Of a DNA stretch of 64,000 nucleotides, positions 1-13,694 are shown one piece after another (the first letter of the stretch is position 1; each line of letters begins with the position of its first letter). The translations under genes and the position numbers were made by a program. This stretch comes from Lingula anatina. Taxonomy: Eukaryota; Animalia; Brachiopoda. Below the pieces are notes generated by a model that worked only from the letters and a program-made list of their open reading frames with translations, was not told the origin of the DNA and ran no database searches. The stretch lies in NCBI GenBank assembly GCA_051362555.1, contig CM120640.1:34739967-34803966 (forward strand), written 5' to 3'.

Positions 1-2325
1 TCATGAAACAATCAGACAGAAGGTAGATGGACATAACAGAGAGGAATCAACTGGTTCGATTGGTGAGTTTGATATGGAATTCCTATTCTGGCGATTAGGA
101 GAACTGGACATGGGGAACTACACGTATCGCCTTCAATACCCTTTAACTGCAGTTGGGTTTTGTAAACTGCCATGGGTATATATTGTTGGGGTCAGATATG
201 ACCTTCTTTCTATGCCATCTTGCACATGCAAGGTCCATATTCGTAAGATCTAGCAGCAAACAGTACTGGACTTGATGTGTTATGAGCAGAGTTGCATTAT
301 TATGGCATATATTCGAAAGTTTTCTGGGCATTCAAGTACAAAGCAAGGGCGGCATCAAAAATGTGAATCCAGATGGTTGCTGAGATGAACGGTGTCTGAG
401 ACATGAAGGAACCCGTGTCGGAAGAAGTGAAGAAATGGTCTCTTCTGGAACCCTGGATCCAATCTGTTTTTGTCAAGAACAATGCAAATGCACCACGGTA
501 GAGTTGAGAATCGTTTTCCCGCCGTTCGTTAAGTGTGATAAATGACTCAGATATGCGTGCACTATTTACCTGTTATTCAATTACTATGATTTAAATTGAT
601 CTTGATTTATAATGTAACCCATTGTCGGTACATCAATGTAATCTCAAGAGAGAATCCCCGCTAATTTAATGTAAATAAGAAGGCCACTAAATTTATTTTA
701 TTAAATAAAAAATGTTCGTCATTGTATTACTACTTGGGCACTATTCGCTGTCATACAATGTACGTGTATAGTTACATGCACGTTTCGATTTGCATTGCAT
801 TTTCAAAACAAAATAGACTTACATGTATTTCGGACGTAACGTAATTAAAAAATCAGCAAATCGCTTTTATTTTAAAGTAAAGTAAAGAAGTTAAGAATTG
901 ATTTGTCTCTTTAGAAATAAGGGATAAATTTAGATAAACTCCACGACCTGTCACAATCCGACATGCGAGAGTGCCTTTTCTTCCAGTAATTTGAGATCTT
1001 TTTTTCTGTTTTAGAATTATCATTGCGTTAATGTGTTATAGACAATTTTGACATGGAAATGGCATTATCAGTTAAGAGGTTTCCGGTACTCGAAGTTGAA
1101 CGTCACTATTTGCTGAACAATTTAAATAACTGTCCGATTTCGAGGGAGACCCTTTAATTGTCCCGTTACGCATTAAAGCTAGCAGAAGACAGGAAATGGG
1201 ATCACAGAAACGTACCAAAGTGCTTATAGTAAATAGACAGCCACATAGCATAGATAATCCTTGTCTAGACTGACAAAAATCAAACGAAATTTGTCTTTTC
1301 GTGCAATCATCGCCTCGAAAGAGATTCATTTACTGAAGCGTGACGCTAAAAATAATGCATTATTTAGTGCAGAAATGCTCATATTTCGTGTTGTTATCGA
1401 AAAAATGAAATGACTGTCATGGAAGGGGTCACTCAGTGTATTCATCACTAAGGGTTTCGCATGTGTGTGTGCAAATATGTATGTGAGCGTGTCAGTCTGC
1501 GAGGGCTCGGGGGTGTGAAGATGTGCACAAGAATGTGTTTATGTTTCAATCCAAGTAATTTGACTCGTCTTTGGGAATATACTATGCAAGACCCTTTTTG
1601 GTCGTACGGCCCACTTATCCAAAACGCAGTACTTCAAGGTCAAGCTTGGACCAACATTACATTATGTACAATGGGCCCGAGGGTCTAAATGAGCATATTA
1701 TTCTTAATGTTTTACTGTGGTCATGGTATGGCTTCTTGTTTTCCATTAATTTTGTGAGTTATTGCGTTGTCTCTATGCCTTATCTGTGTTAATGATAACC
1801 GACCTAATGCACTCACAGCAATGTTTTTTCTTTAAAATTACAAATCATTATGCCGAGTTATGAAGTGTGTATAGACGGATAACATAATAGGAATTAGATG
1901 GTCAAAAACATTCTGGAAGATCAATTTGATCCTCACCTCCAACACCTTATAAGTGTCAACTCCGTGATGTTTGGTCCAAGACTAGTGATTTTTTTAATCA
2001 TAGCAATATAACTGTTTACATTTCCCCCTATATGTTATCATGTGAGTGTTCTGTCACCTGAAACATTGAGATTACAGCCAGTCAAACTGTTTGATGATGA
2101 GGGCGTTCAACATGGGGCTACAAATGGGTGTTTCTTTACAAATATCTATAAAGCTGAGGGAATTCTACTCCCAATTGACTGATGAGAGGGTAGTTAACGC
2201 TTCAAGAGCAATTCATCACAGACCCTGGGTTAGGAGTACATCTATAAAAGACTGGCATTGAACGCAAACACTATCCTTAATCGTAAGCGAGCACACTGTG
2301 TATAGAAGCTGGCAGGACTCCTGCG

Positions 2326-2341
2326 CTCTCTCTCTCTCTAA

Positions 2342-2372
<31 letters not shown>
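2326..2372. repeat. (CT)n/(GT)n microsatellite
   Basis: Visible interrupted CT run followed by TG repeats. Confidence 0.9.
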
Positions 2373-2373
<1 letters not shown>

Positions 2374-3789
2374 TTACTAAGCAGATGGACACGTTTTTGC
2401 GGCTTTTTGGGTGGAGGCATGCACCTCACAGCTTTTCCTCACAAACATGCTGTACCGCAATGTGTAAAAGAATCATACGGTGTGTTTGCGGAATTCTCCG
2501 AGACGTTCCCGTGGGGGAGGGTGTGCACATTTCATGATATAAATATCATTCACTTGAGATCGGTTTCTTTGTTTGATAAATTAACAGAAAGGGGTGACTT
2601 TTTCACCTTTTCATGCATTTCAAAGAGAAACAAAATCCTTCCATTGTATGGTACAATGACCTTTTCTGAACCGTGTAAATTTACCCGTTGATACCATTCA
2701 AGCTGATGTTCCTACGTACATGATTTGAGACATGAGACGCTATTTTTCTTCGACTGATACAAAGTATAACATTAAAAAAGAGTAAATTGAAAAGATTGGA
2801 ATAGAAAGAAAGAAATGATATACCTTTTCTATTGACTTCTGGAATCCTATCTTCATCCGGCTGGACGTGTTCTTGCAGTATGTTTTTTTATGTACTGCGA
2901 GGCCACGACAAGGCTCAACCCAATTGTTTTAACAGCCCTTTGTTAATCGTGTAAAATGTTATCACGCTTTTCAGTTTCACCATCAAAATCTGAATAATGG
3001 ATGAATAGGAAAAAATAACCTTAACATCCGGTTAATTTATTTTTTCGATAGCTTCATTTCCAGTGTTTTCAACTGTATTGATTAGATAAGATTGTAGCTG
3101 CAAGTACACAGCAGTCACCAAGAAGCAAGCCAGTCTGTTACATAAAGGATCACTATGAACCAATTGCCACTTCTTCAATCTCCGAGGGCAAAAATCCCTG
3201 TAGTAATCGTGTTGAAGTTTATTAGTATAGGCCTTCACTTCATTGACAAGAAAGAAAAAACCTAAACCAATTTTCGATGGTTAATATGATGGACCTTGTC
3301 TTCAACGACATGAGCTCACAGCAGTGCGAGAAATCAAGAGTGAATCGATACGGATATGACACTGAGCTATGAGCCTTGTGGGTATTGATACAAAGCTTAT
3401 AGGTCTGGCTGTCATATATTTCTCATCTGTGCAACGTTTGGAGCCGCGTTGGATTCTTTTCAGGGAGGTATAATGTTCCCGATAAAGTTTGGAAACAGAG
3501 GAGCATAAACCATAAGTTCTGAATATCTGCTGCCTAGGATTTGCAGTCTCGCACCCCCTCCCCAAACCCCTCCCACGTCATCCCATTGTCTCTTTTATAG
3601 GATCTAGTGCACTCAAGTAGTGGGGTGGGGGGGGGGGGGGGAATTCAATAACGCACCTGGGCGCAAACACATCTGACACATGTACATTTGCACTTGCACA
3701 CGCAGCACGTTCATGCTCACACACAAGCGCACTAACGCATGCACATTAATACATAGGCCTACATAAGCCTACACGAACGCACACACACA

Positions 3790-4006
3790 AGGGGCGGATC
3801 CAGGATTATTTGACGGTGGGGGGGGGGGGGGGGGGGGGGGGGGGGCGCGGATGCAGAGGGATTCAAAGTGGGCCCCGAAAATAATTGGTATTTTAGAGGG
3901 CGAACGGTGCTTCAGCTAGTCAAAAGCATCATCAAAGAGGGGACCATTGGTGTGATTTTTTCAGACATCGAAGGACCCCCCAGATCCCCCCCCCTCTAAA
4001 TCCGCC

Positions 4007-4010
<4 letters not shown>
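3790..4010. mobile_element. MITE-like element family 1, copy 1
   Basis: Termini AGGGGCGGAT...ATCCGCCACTG (imperfect inverted repeat), G- and C-rich subtermini; internal sequence shared with 21269-21532; flanked on both sides by CA repeats. Confidence 0.75.

Positions 4011-4043
<33 letters not shown>
4011..4043. repeat. (CA)n microsatellite
   Basis: Pure CA run directly after the MITE. Confidence 0.92.
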
Positions 4044-4045
<2 letters not shown>

Positions 4046-4605
4046 ATGCATGAACACAATCACACTTTCACGTGTAGGTCAAAACAGACACACGCGAACC
4101 AGCCGACATGGTACTGTTACAGGGCACACTGCAGGCATGCACAGTGCTCAGCGGCACAGGCCCAGACAGTGCGTAGACTTTAATATCACTCGACGTAGTC
4201 ACATCCACCACAGCCCCGCTGTCGCAATGCACGCTGCCCGCTGCGTTTAGTGCACAAAACAAACAATGTGGAACGTATATTCGTGCGGAACTAGTTTTAT
4301 CGTCAGCCATGTTTGTTGCCATTAACAACGCATACATAGCCCTTGTGAGCAATCAATACAATAAGATTAAGCCGATATCACCTATGGGTCGGTAATCTCG
4401 TTAGCGACAAGTTAAAGTCATGGTATCCACGCGTTATCGCTATTGAGAGCTGGCGGGGAAAGAAAGCTCCTGCAGTAGTCAAACGCCATCGAAACTGACA
4501 ATCGCAAGACATGATTCCGGTGGCGACAACTTATTCAAAGCTACCGTGAGTCGATTAGGTTATTGGGTTTAATTCGGACACTTGCTGTGATAAACCGTAC
4601 ACGCC

Positions 4606-6387
4606 ATGGACGAGAGGGTCAGAGCTGTCTTAGCAGGGCAGATGCCCGTTGAGAAGCTCCCGGAAAGTCCACCACGAGTGGTCAGAATATACGTATCGTG
4701 TACACCCACAGGTAAGATATTGATATGCCTATTTATAATATTGCTTTGTATAAAACGTACGATTTGTATCAATTATTAATGTGCCTCTACGTTTGTACCG
4801 GGGAGTTCAGTCATAAATGACTACATGTATGACTGTTTTGGTAGGCCTACTGATTTCGACCCGTTTCAGTAGGCCTACCCTGTTAAGCCAATTTTTTCCT
4901 TTTGTAAATGACCATTGCGAAAAAGGTTTAGCTGACTACTAGGCCTAGAGACCGGCCTTTTCTAAAAACTAATAATTTGTGTGTCACTGAATTGCCATAG
5001 GCCCTAAAGCGAAAGCCCACCTCTATCTGTGCATTTCTTGAATAGAAATAAAATTGTGGACTGCATATTATTACCTAATTTTACGTGTAACCCATATAGT
5101 GCAGAATCATAGTAGCCTTGTTAATATGTAGGGCCTACACTAAATATTTATAGGCCCTATATTATGAAGGCACCGTCTCCTAAACGCACTTGCATTATTC
5201 CTAGGCACCTGCACGAACACAAACCTATTTCAAAGTCTGGTTTATATTTGTCCAATTGTTTAAACTTCAATCCGTCAACGAGGCCTACATGTAGGCCCCT
5301 ACCGACAGCGCTACTGTGATTGATTAACTATAGATAGGTCTTATTAGGGTAATTAATATTTGGGTCTGTGTATAAACGTGGCATGAAGGAGAAACAATAA
5401 TTTTCATGCAGTGAATCTGCAGAAATTCTTGTGATTTATATTTTCTTGCTGTTTTTATATTTAGCATCTAATTTTATTTATCTATAAATTTGAGGGGATA
5501 TTTGTTTACTTCGTCTAGGGTTTTTGCTTTCATTTTAATACGAGAGATCATACTTCAAGCGACCCATGAAATTATAGCTTTAGTGTAATCAAGTGGTTAT
5601 GTTTGTTTATCCTTAGATATGATCCAAGAGCGCAACGCCCTGATGCAACAGGTTTATCCCAAGCTTAGGGAATATTGTAAAGAGAAGCATGGAATTGAGC
5701 TACAGGTAAGATTTCAACTTGCAAATTATAACGGTTTACCCAAGTATCTCAGGTTATGTTGGTAGTCTTGAGATAAATGATTTGTTCATTTTCGGTTTGC
5801 TTTTACACACACACACGCGCGCACGCGCGCGCGCGTGCATGCCTGCATGCGCATAATCGCCTGCAAATTGGTTCATTTAGTTCAACACACATTCACAAGT
5901 ACAGTATCCTCGAACTCGCTGACTGAACTTGTTGATTACGACAAATCGTTCTTATTTACGCTCTGCGAAAGGTTTCTCCTCGTCCTAAACAAATCAAACA
6001 TTGCATTGAGCAGCAATGCATCATTGTAGTCCCATAAGCTGCTTTTGTCAAAAGAGCAATGCGCTTTTCCTTGGTCTGTTTTCAAAACACGCTCTGCTCG
6101 TGCTTTGCCCTTCAGCCACTTTCTATCGGCTTCGTTTTACGTTACCTTTCCCTTTGTTACCTTGTTGTTGTTGATCTGTTTTGGAAATAATTAACTCTGC
6201 GAAAAAGGTTAACGCTACTGATCCTGCATGCTCACAAATATTATCACAAGATGTTTTCCCGTGCCACTTGTATTTGAGGTACTGAATGTAGGCCCCTAAC
6301 TGTTCAGTAGTTTCTTTTACTTTGATTTAGGGGGATGATGAGTGCCATGCTGTTAATAACATCACTGACAACGAATGTAGCTTTCCC

Positions 6388-6433
<46 letters not shown>

Positions 6434-9400
6434 TCCAGCAAAGTGCATCAGTTTATTCGCATGTTTTCACCTATTTTATCTTTGATCAATGAGTGCCTTG
6501 TTGCGTACATAGGCCTATCAATTTCGCTACATATGTATTCAGTTATACATTAATTTTGTTGTATATAGGTATCCATTTGTTTTATTTATTTACTTATTTA
6601 ATTTTGTGGAGAGCATTTAATGCTTTTAGCGCTTTGCCTCCATTTCTTTCGAATAAACGTTGTTAAAAAAATATGTATTCCAGTTTCTCATTATTAGAAA
6701 AAAATATTCTCAGATTTAAAAAGAACACTCTTGTGTATTGAATAAGTTTGCATATGACTATTTGTATTATCATAATTTTATTACTATTTAATTGGAATCA
6801 TTATTATCTTTATGCTACTTGAAGATGGTGGACCTGCGATGGGGCGTCCTCCCGGGTATCAGGGACGATCACAACCAGGCTGAACTGTTTCTCCAAGAGC
6901 TAGAAAGATGCCAGAGAGTGTCTGCTGGACCAAGTTTTGTGGTAAGTTACGGTTTTCCATTCCAAAAATGGATTGTGTGTGTCTTAAAATTGGTTGTGGG
7001 TGCGTGCATTCTAGGAGATATGGGTAAGTGGAATACTTTAATCTGCCTCAGATTGATAAAATTGATTTTCTGCAGGTAGTCTGTATTTACAAACTAAAAC
7101 GATATAATATTAGCATATTACTAGTGAACCTTTTAAATAGGCCCATTCAGTCGTGATTTAGTAATCAAGTTACCAAATCACAGCTCGATGGGATCGATCT
7201 TAGGGAACCAATCAGCAAAAATAAATCCGGCTCTTTTGTATTTGAATAATCAAATATTTATTTTCATCAAAAGATCGGTTGCATTTATTGATCGACAGCA
7301 GGAGTATCATAGCCATTCAGCAAGGCGGTGTTTGCTTAGGCTTATGAGGAGGAGTAGTTAGACACTTTAGTTACTCGTGGACTCCAATCGATACAAATCA
7401 CAGTAGGGGCCTATAAGCTGTCTCGTCTTGCATCGTGATCAATGTCTGACTCGATTTCATTTGTTTTACGAAGAACTGTACTCAGTCTAGGATTTAAGAA
7501 TGGCACCGCAAAAGAGTATGCCTGTACTAATAGAGGTCTATGTAATTTTTCTTGGAAACAGATAAGGGATGAAAATTGTATGACGTAAAGTTGATGCATA
7601 CATGTAGGCCTACATTGTATATTCGTCATTTTTGCAATTAATAGACCACATTTTGATCAGCCATTTACCCTCAATTTCAAACGTATTGGTGGCTGTTCAC
7701 GAACTTATGAAATCTTCGTACCTTTTATTGGACACCTGATTTACTACAGTGAGTTGGGTGAAATATTAAATGTCCGGTCTATGAACTTATTGATAAACGA
7801 ATATTTTCTTTTTTTAGTTACCCATTCCTTTAAAAATCCAATCAGTGATTCAAACCAAACTTGTACTTTTTAATACTGCTGTGTTTCGAAATACATGCAT
7901 TGAAATTATGTATTTTTATTAACAGGCACTTATTGGTCAGCGATATGGTGATCGACCCCTCCCGGCGACGATACCCGAGCACGAATACGAAGTTCTCCGA
8001 AACTCACTCCGGCGAAATCGCAGCCGAGAGACTCGTGACGCTGGCATGTTAGACCACTGGTACTTTAAAGACACTAACGCCATACCACCCGTTTATGTGC
8101 TACAGCCAATAAGTTCTGTGATATCTGACTTTAACGAAATGGTAAGTAATCACGAATGGTTTTGATTATAATGATTGACAAACCTACAAATACATTTCAA
8201 AAGCCAAGCAATATATTTGCAAAAATAACAGCAACAAGGAGGATTAATTAGTTAGTGTATGAACTCCGGACTCCTTTATATGTAGAAATACATGAGCGTC
8301 AATGAAAGAGAAGGAAAAACTTTAATGTTGCTACTGAAGAGAATAGGTTTCTTTATAACTTGTACTACATCAAAAAAAAAAAAAAAAATGTGATGGTATT
8401 GTGACAGGAGAAAGCAGGAGCCATTCGATGAGACTATATGATTGAAAACAGTAGCGCAACTGAAGCAATTTTAATGCATTCCAGAGATAATAGCTTATTC
8501 CTTCAATCATTTTCTGCTCTGAAAATGATGCGTTTTGTATTAAGCCACGTGTCTTTATTTTGCTTTCATGTTCATAGAATGACCCAGAAGTTAGAAAAGC
8601 AGCTCAAGAGCAATGGCTGCACACAGAGAACAGTCTACGAAAGCTTCTACAGAAAGGGGCGGAGTTATGTCACAAGGAAGGCAGTATGGACGGTTACAGC
8701 AAGCACAAATATTTCATGGGAGGTAAATGTCTGATATACATATTTCGTCAGATATTCTTAAAATAGATATAGTATTCTTGAATTGATGTTTTTGCAAAAA
8801 AAATTAAGTTCTGTCAGTAATCCAGACAAGAAAAAATGTTATTCTAAATTATGTAGATATTTTTGATGCATTATAAGAGTTCACATTCAAGATATTATTT
8901 CTTTTTTTTTTTGCTCAGAATTTGAGAATGAGCTCCGCCACGGAATTGAAAATGCCCCGAGACCACGTGACACAGCTTTTGTGTTCATGCGTGAAATAGA
9001 AGACTTGAAAAACTATGTTACTCACAAAAACACTCCAAAATTCATGGACATACGGTGGAACTGGAAAGAAGAAAAACTAGAAATTGACTCAGACTCCCAA
9101 AGGTTCCTCTACGATCTCAAAAACGGCAAAGTACCTGCATGGATGGGAAAACAAAACATTGATAAATTTTCAATTTTGTGGCGCTTTGAGAAAGTTGTGC
9201 ACCCTGATCTTCACAAAGCATACATTAACGATTTCTGTGACAAATTCCATGATACTGTCATTAGACTCGTTGACAAGGCGGCATTTTCCTATACACCGAT
9301 CCCTGCGCCGCCTATCTTCGATACAGTTCTGCCACATTGGTTGATAACTCAAAGAAAATGCCGTGACTTCTTCGGCAGAGAGGAGATAATGGACCGCATT

Positions 9401-12400
9401 TACGCGTACGTCACAGGGCATTCCAAGCAGCCACTAGTGCTACACGGGCAGTCGGGTTGCGGGAAAACTTGCGTCTTTGCAAAGGCACAGGAAGAGGTTC
9501 GTACCATAATTAAACTAACAGTAAATATATCTTAAATTGCAGTAATTGTAATCTTCTGCTTATTATTAAGTCAAACCCGAATACACTGGGCAATGTCAAA
9601 GTTTGTCCTTGTTGGAACTCAATTAAGAAATTACATTAAGAAATTGGCCAATTAAGAAATTACAGGTATATGTGTGACATATATTTGGCAAGTGCGTTGT
9701 TTTCTTTTAGGTACCACAATGGGTCCCGGACTGCACCACGATCGTACGTTATCTCGGCATCAACGCAGAGAGTGCCGACATCCGCCAGGTGATATACGGC
9801 GTCTGCCACCAGCTGGCGCTATTGGAGGGAGAAGACGAGCACCACATCCCCACCGACTACAAAGCACTGTTGAAATACTTCTTTGATCTCCTCGAGCACT
9901 ACCCGGAAGACAGACACCTGGTCTTGTTTTTCGACTCTCTCGAGACCCTGAATCCGGAACACAACGCTCACTACCTAGTATGGCTTCCAGAAAAGCTCAA
10001 CCCCAATGTGAAAATCGTTCTTTCTACGTTACCCGAGAAGCACGATATTTTGGACCGTCTTCGCACAGAGGTCATCAAGAATCCGAATTATTTCATTGAA
10101 GTGCCACCACTGTCAGTAGACAACTGTGTCTTACTGATGGAGTACTACCTACAGCGCGTTGGTCGGCAGATCAGCGACGATCAGCTCCGAGTCGTCCGCA
10201 GAGCATTTGAATGCTGTTCCCTGCCTCTGTTTGTCCGCCTTACAGTCGAGGAGGTCACCCGCTGGCGGTCGTACACAAAACCAGCCCTGAAGATGATCGT
10301 CAATACAATCCAACAAGCCATTGGCGTCATATTTGACCAGTTGGAGGCGATTCACGGCAAAACCCTAGTCTCTCACTCGCTTACGTATCTAACAGCTTCG
10401 GCTACCGGCTTAAGCGATGGTGAAATGGAAGACCTTCTGTCGTTGGACGACATGATACTAGACGAGATTTACCGAACGTGGCACCCGCAGGTCCGCCGCA
10501 TTCCTCCACTGGTATGGGTTCGTCTACGCGCAGACCTTGAGCCATTCCTCTTTCAAAGAGAAGTAGACGGCGTGGTCGTGAGCTTTTGGAACCACAGAGA
10601 GTTCGTCGAGGCGGCCAAGCAGCGCTACTTGGCCGATGAAGAAATGTGCAAGAGAATATATTCCGAAATGGCTAACTATTTTTCTTGCTCTTGGCATGGC
10701 CGTCCAAAACCGTTCAACTTCTCTCCAGCCGTCGCCAAAAGTATGGGACTCTCGTCTACGGCCAGTTCAGCTGACAGGTTAGTGTTATCCCAGCCTCTCA
10801 CTTTTGTCGGAAGTGATGGTACAACTCGCTATAATAAGCGCAAGTACGACCAAATGCCACGTACCCTTTACCTCTCTGGGCGTCTGAACGAGTTGAACAA
10901 GATGGCCTTCTTCAACTATCTGTGGCTGTATAACAAATCCAAGGCGTTATCCATACAACACATTATCGCCACTTTTGCCTTGAATCCCGGGACCGAATCA
11001 AACCTGGTGAAAGGCGCTCTGCAAGCATGCCAACCAGTGATACTCAAGAACATGAACAACATGGCCGCCGAACTTACGGGTCGACTTTTGACGTACTACG
11101 CATCCCACCCAAACATTCGCCACCTCATACAGCAATGTGATGTAGAAGGTTTGCAGCATTCAGCTCTCGTGCCAGCTTTCCCTTATCATCAAGTACCCGG
11201 GGGTCCTCTGCAGCACACTCTCGAATCCCCAACTCCACTCCAGTTTTTCCAGCTTCTGGGTAGCGACTCAAGATACCTTTTAGCCAAGGAGAGATCCAGT
11301 CAGAATATCCTTGTGTTTGATCTTGCCACAGGGGAGTGGAAGTACGATATTCAAGCGTCAGCTGGAGACATGCATTTGACACCAGATGGCTCCATGATCG
11401 TCTTGCTGGACCACGTGACCGAGATGTCAGTGAAGATTCACAGAAGCGATACAGGAAAATACGTAGGACAACTCATCCCCTTGAATCACACAACGGGGGA
11501 GACGAGTGAGAAGTACAAATTAGGCAGGATGTCTCTGTCTAATGAATTCCTATGCATTATTGCCACGTTTGAAAAAAGCTACCTTTGTATCGCCAGCGTC
11601 AATGAATGCAAATTCATCGAAGTTGTAAATTTAAATGGTAAAGCCAGCGTTTGCACGATCACGCCCGATTCTAGATTCGTTTTTACCAACTCTGCTGAGA
11701 CTCTGATGTCATATGATTTGTTCACACTAGAACATGTGTGCAGCCTTCCGCTTGAGCATCGACCAAACCACGTTGTTTTTACCAGAGAGGGCCACAGAGG
11801 GTTTGTGAGTAACCTGGAGGAGAACGTTATCACTGTGCTACATGCCAAAGAGGGATACGTCGATCTCACGTACAAGATATCCCTAACGGAGCTTCTGAAG
11901 GGAGATCAAATATCCGACCTCGTTGTTTCCCATAATGAGAAATATCTTCTTGTGAGAGGAAACAGCAACTTGGTCATATACGGCGTGAAGAATGAGAAGG
12001 TTCTTTCCTGCTTTGGTAGACCCTCCGACACACCAGTGCAGTTCAAACTACCACAGAGAAGTCTGACCGACCTGAACTTCACCCAAGCCAAGTTCTCCCA
12101 AGATGACCAGTACGTTCTAGCAACGATCTTTAGAAACATCTACATCATCGATGTATTGTCGGGAAACTTGGTCACAAAACTGCAGTCTCCCATGGGAATT
12201 ATCACGAGCCTGCTTTTGCCAGACAAACGCAAACAGATAGTGACACACATTGAGAACTCTGATGTCATCCACGTGTGGAACCTTGACGACGCAATCAAAC
12301 ACGTGGATACCCTGGATCGCCTCACCGGACGCATCCAGGAAGTTTTGGTCACCAAGGACAACACAGTGTCCTTTGTCCGTTGCCATAACAGCGATGAGGT

Positions 12401-13694
12401 CGGGGTCATTGACATGAGCACGGGTCAACTTTGTGACCTCTTGACCCACGAGAGTCCCTTGACTGGCTTAAGCATCACCACGGACGGGAGATACGCGTTT
12501 GTGTCGGTGCAGCCAAAACGACCAGGGATCACTAATAAAATATGGCATATGGAAGAGAGGAAAATCATCCACGAATTTGGTGAGGTGGGAGGTTACAGTG
12601 TACCGCTGCACGAAGTGAGCACCATCATCAGTGTGTGCCAGAAAGAAATTGACTTCAAGGCTCCGTACTACATCAGCTTGTTCAAGTTTGAAGAAGACAG
12701 AGTTGTGGAAGTGCAGTGTGATTTAACACTGAACTTTGTCCTTAGCAAACCATTCGTCACCAAAGAGGACAGATATCTGATTGTCCTCACAGCGGATGAG
12801 TACAATGAGTATAAAGCAGAGTACAACAGCCCCGCTATCTGTGCCTTTTCTCTTGAGAACGATTTCGCCGTGGCGTCTTACAGCCCTGCTGACCTTCGCT
12901 CATGCGTTAATGTTAAGCGCATGCTGGATGTTCGTCCTCACGAAAGTAACCCTTATGCCGTCATTGTGCTGTACTCGTGCGCAGCAGAGGAGGATGAATA
13001 CAACGGAGTATCCAGTGGCTACACGTCTGGAATCGGGTTCCTGATATTAGATGTATGCAGCGGAGCCGTCATCCACGTCTGTGACACATTCTTCCCACCA
13101 GATGTCGACTTGAGCAGAATCTTAATCAACCAAGACGTGACCCTCTGCATGGATGCCCAGTCCCACATCTACGATATTACCACAGGGTTTTGGAAATGTC
13201 AGCTGGTGCCCACAGGGACTTGTCCACAGAGGTTCGCCCTCAATGGGAAAGCTGTGATTTACTACGAAGATCAAGAGGTCTACGTGATCAGAGTTGAGGA
13301 CGGCAAGGAAATCGCTCGGTGTGACGTCCACATGCCGATCACGTGTGTTGAAGTCTGTCATGACCAGAGAACGATTGTCGTAGGTTGCAGCGACGGTGCT
13401 GTCTCGGCATACGTCCTCATTGACGAGCGGTACGACAACGCCAAGGAGATCGTGAAGACCATCCCCAGTCGCCAGTTGCCACTAAGCACAGACATTGACG
13501 GACGAACTTCAAGGTCATGGGACAAGGTCGAAAGTTCGGCGCCCCAAACACCCATACGGCTTCCCTCAGCTCTTAGCCTTGGCCAAAGCGAGAAAGAGAT
13601 GCTCAGAAAGATCAAACCCGTCGACAGAATACGACCCCAGTCTGACACTTTGATTTACCTCAATGCGAGGTCGAAGACGTGCTCCGTAATGTGA
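4606..13694 (+). CDS. NWD2: NACHT and WD repeat domain-containing protein (NWD1/NWD2 family), 7 coding exons, ~1744 aa
   Basis: Exons 4606-4711, 5617-5705, 6825-6941, 7926-8141, 8578-8722, 8919-9496, 9711-13694, all GT..AG and phase-consistent (5235 nt). N-terminus VRIYVSCTPTDMIQERNALMQQVYPKLREYCKEKHGIELQMVDLRWGV matches the NWD-family N-terminal (DUF4062-like) domain. Walker A GQSGCGKT (~9446-9469), Walker B LVLFFDSLE, NWD-type RRIPPLVWVRLRADL, then a long beta-propeller-like C-terminus. NWD2 versus NWD1 orthology is not resolved from sequence alone. Confidence 0.9.
6389..6433. repeat. (AAT)n microsatellite
   Basis: Pure AAT run in NWD intron 2. Confidence 0.92.

Noticed and set aside
1-500. 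Coding-like stretch at the window start (open frame 2-253)
   Set aside because: Truncated by the window edge, stops in all frames downstream, no recognisable family.
3032-3565. Two short minus-strand ORFs upstream of NWD
   Set aside because: No motif or convincing splice structure; possibly decayed repeat.
4395-4530. X-box half-sites (TTAGCGAC, GTGGCGAC) upstream of NWD
   Set aside because: Only half-site matches; too weak to call.
10149-13648. Several antisense or alternative-frame ORFs inside NWD exon 7, and similar ones inside 38581-39744 and 48969-50522
   Set aside because: Shadow ORFs of genuine coding exons with no recognisable motifs.
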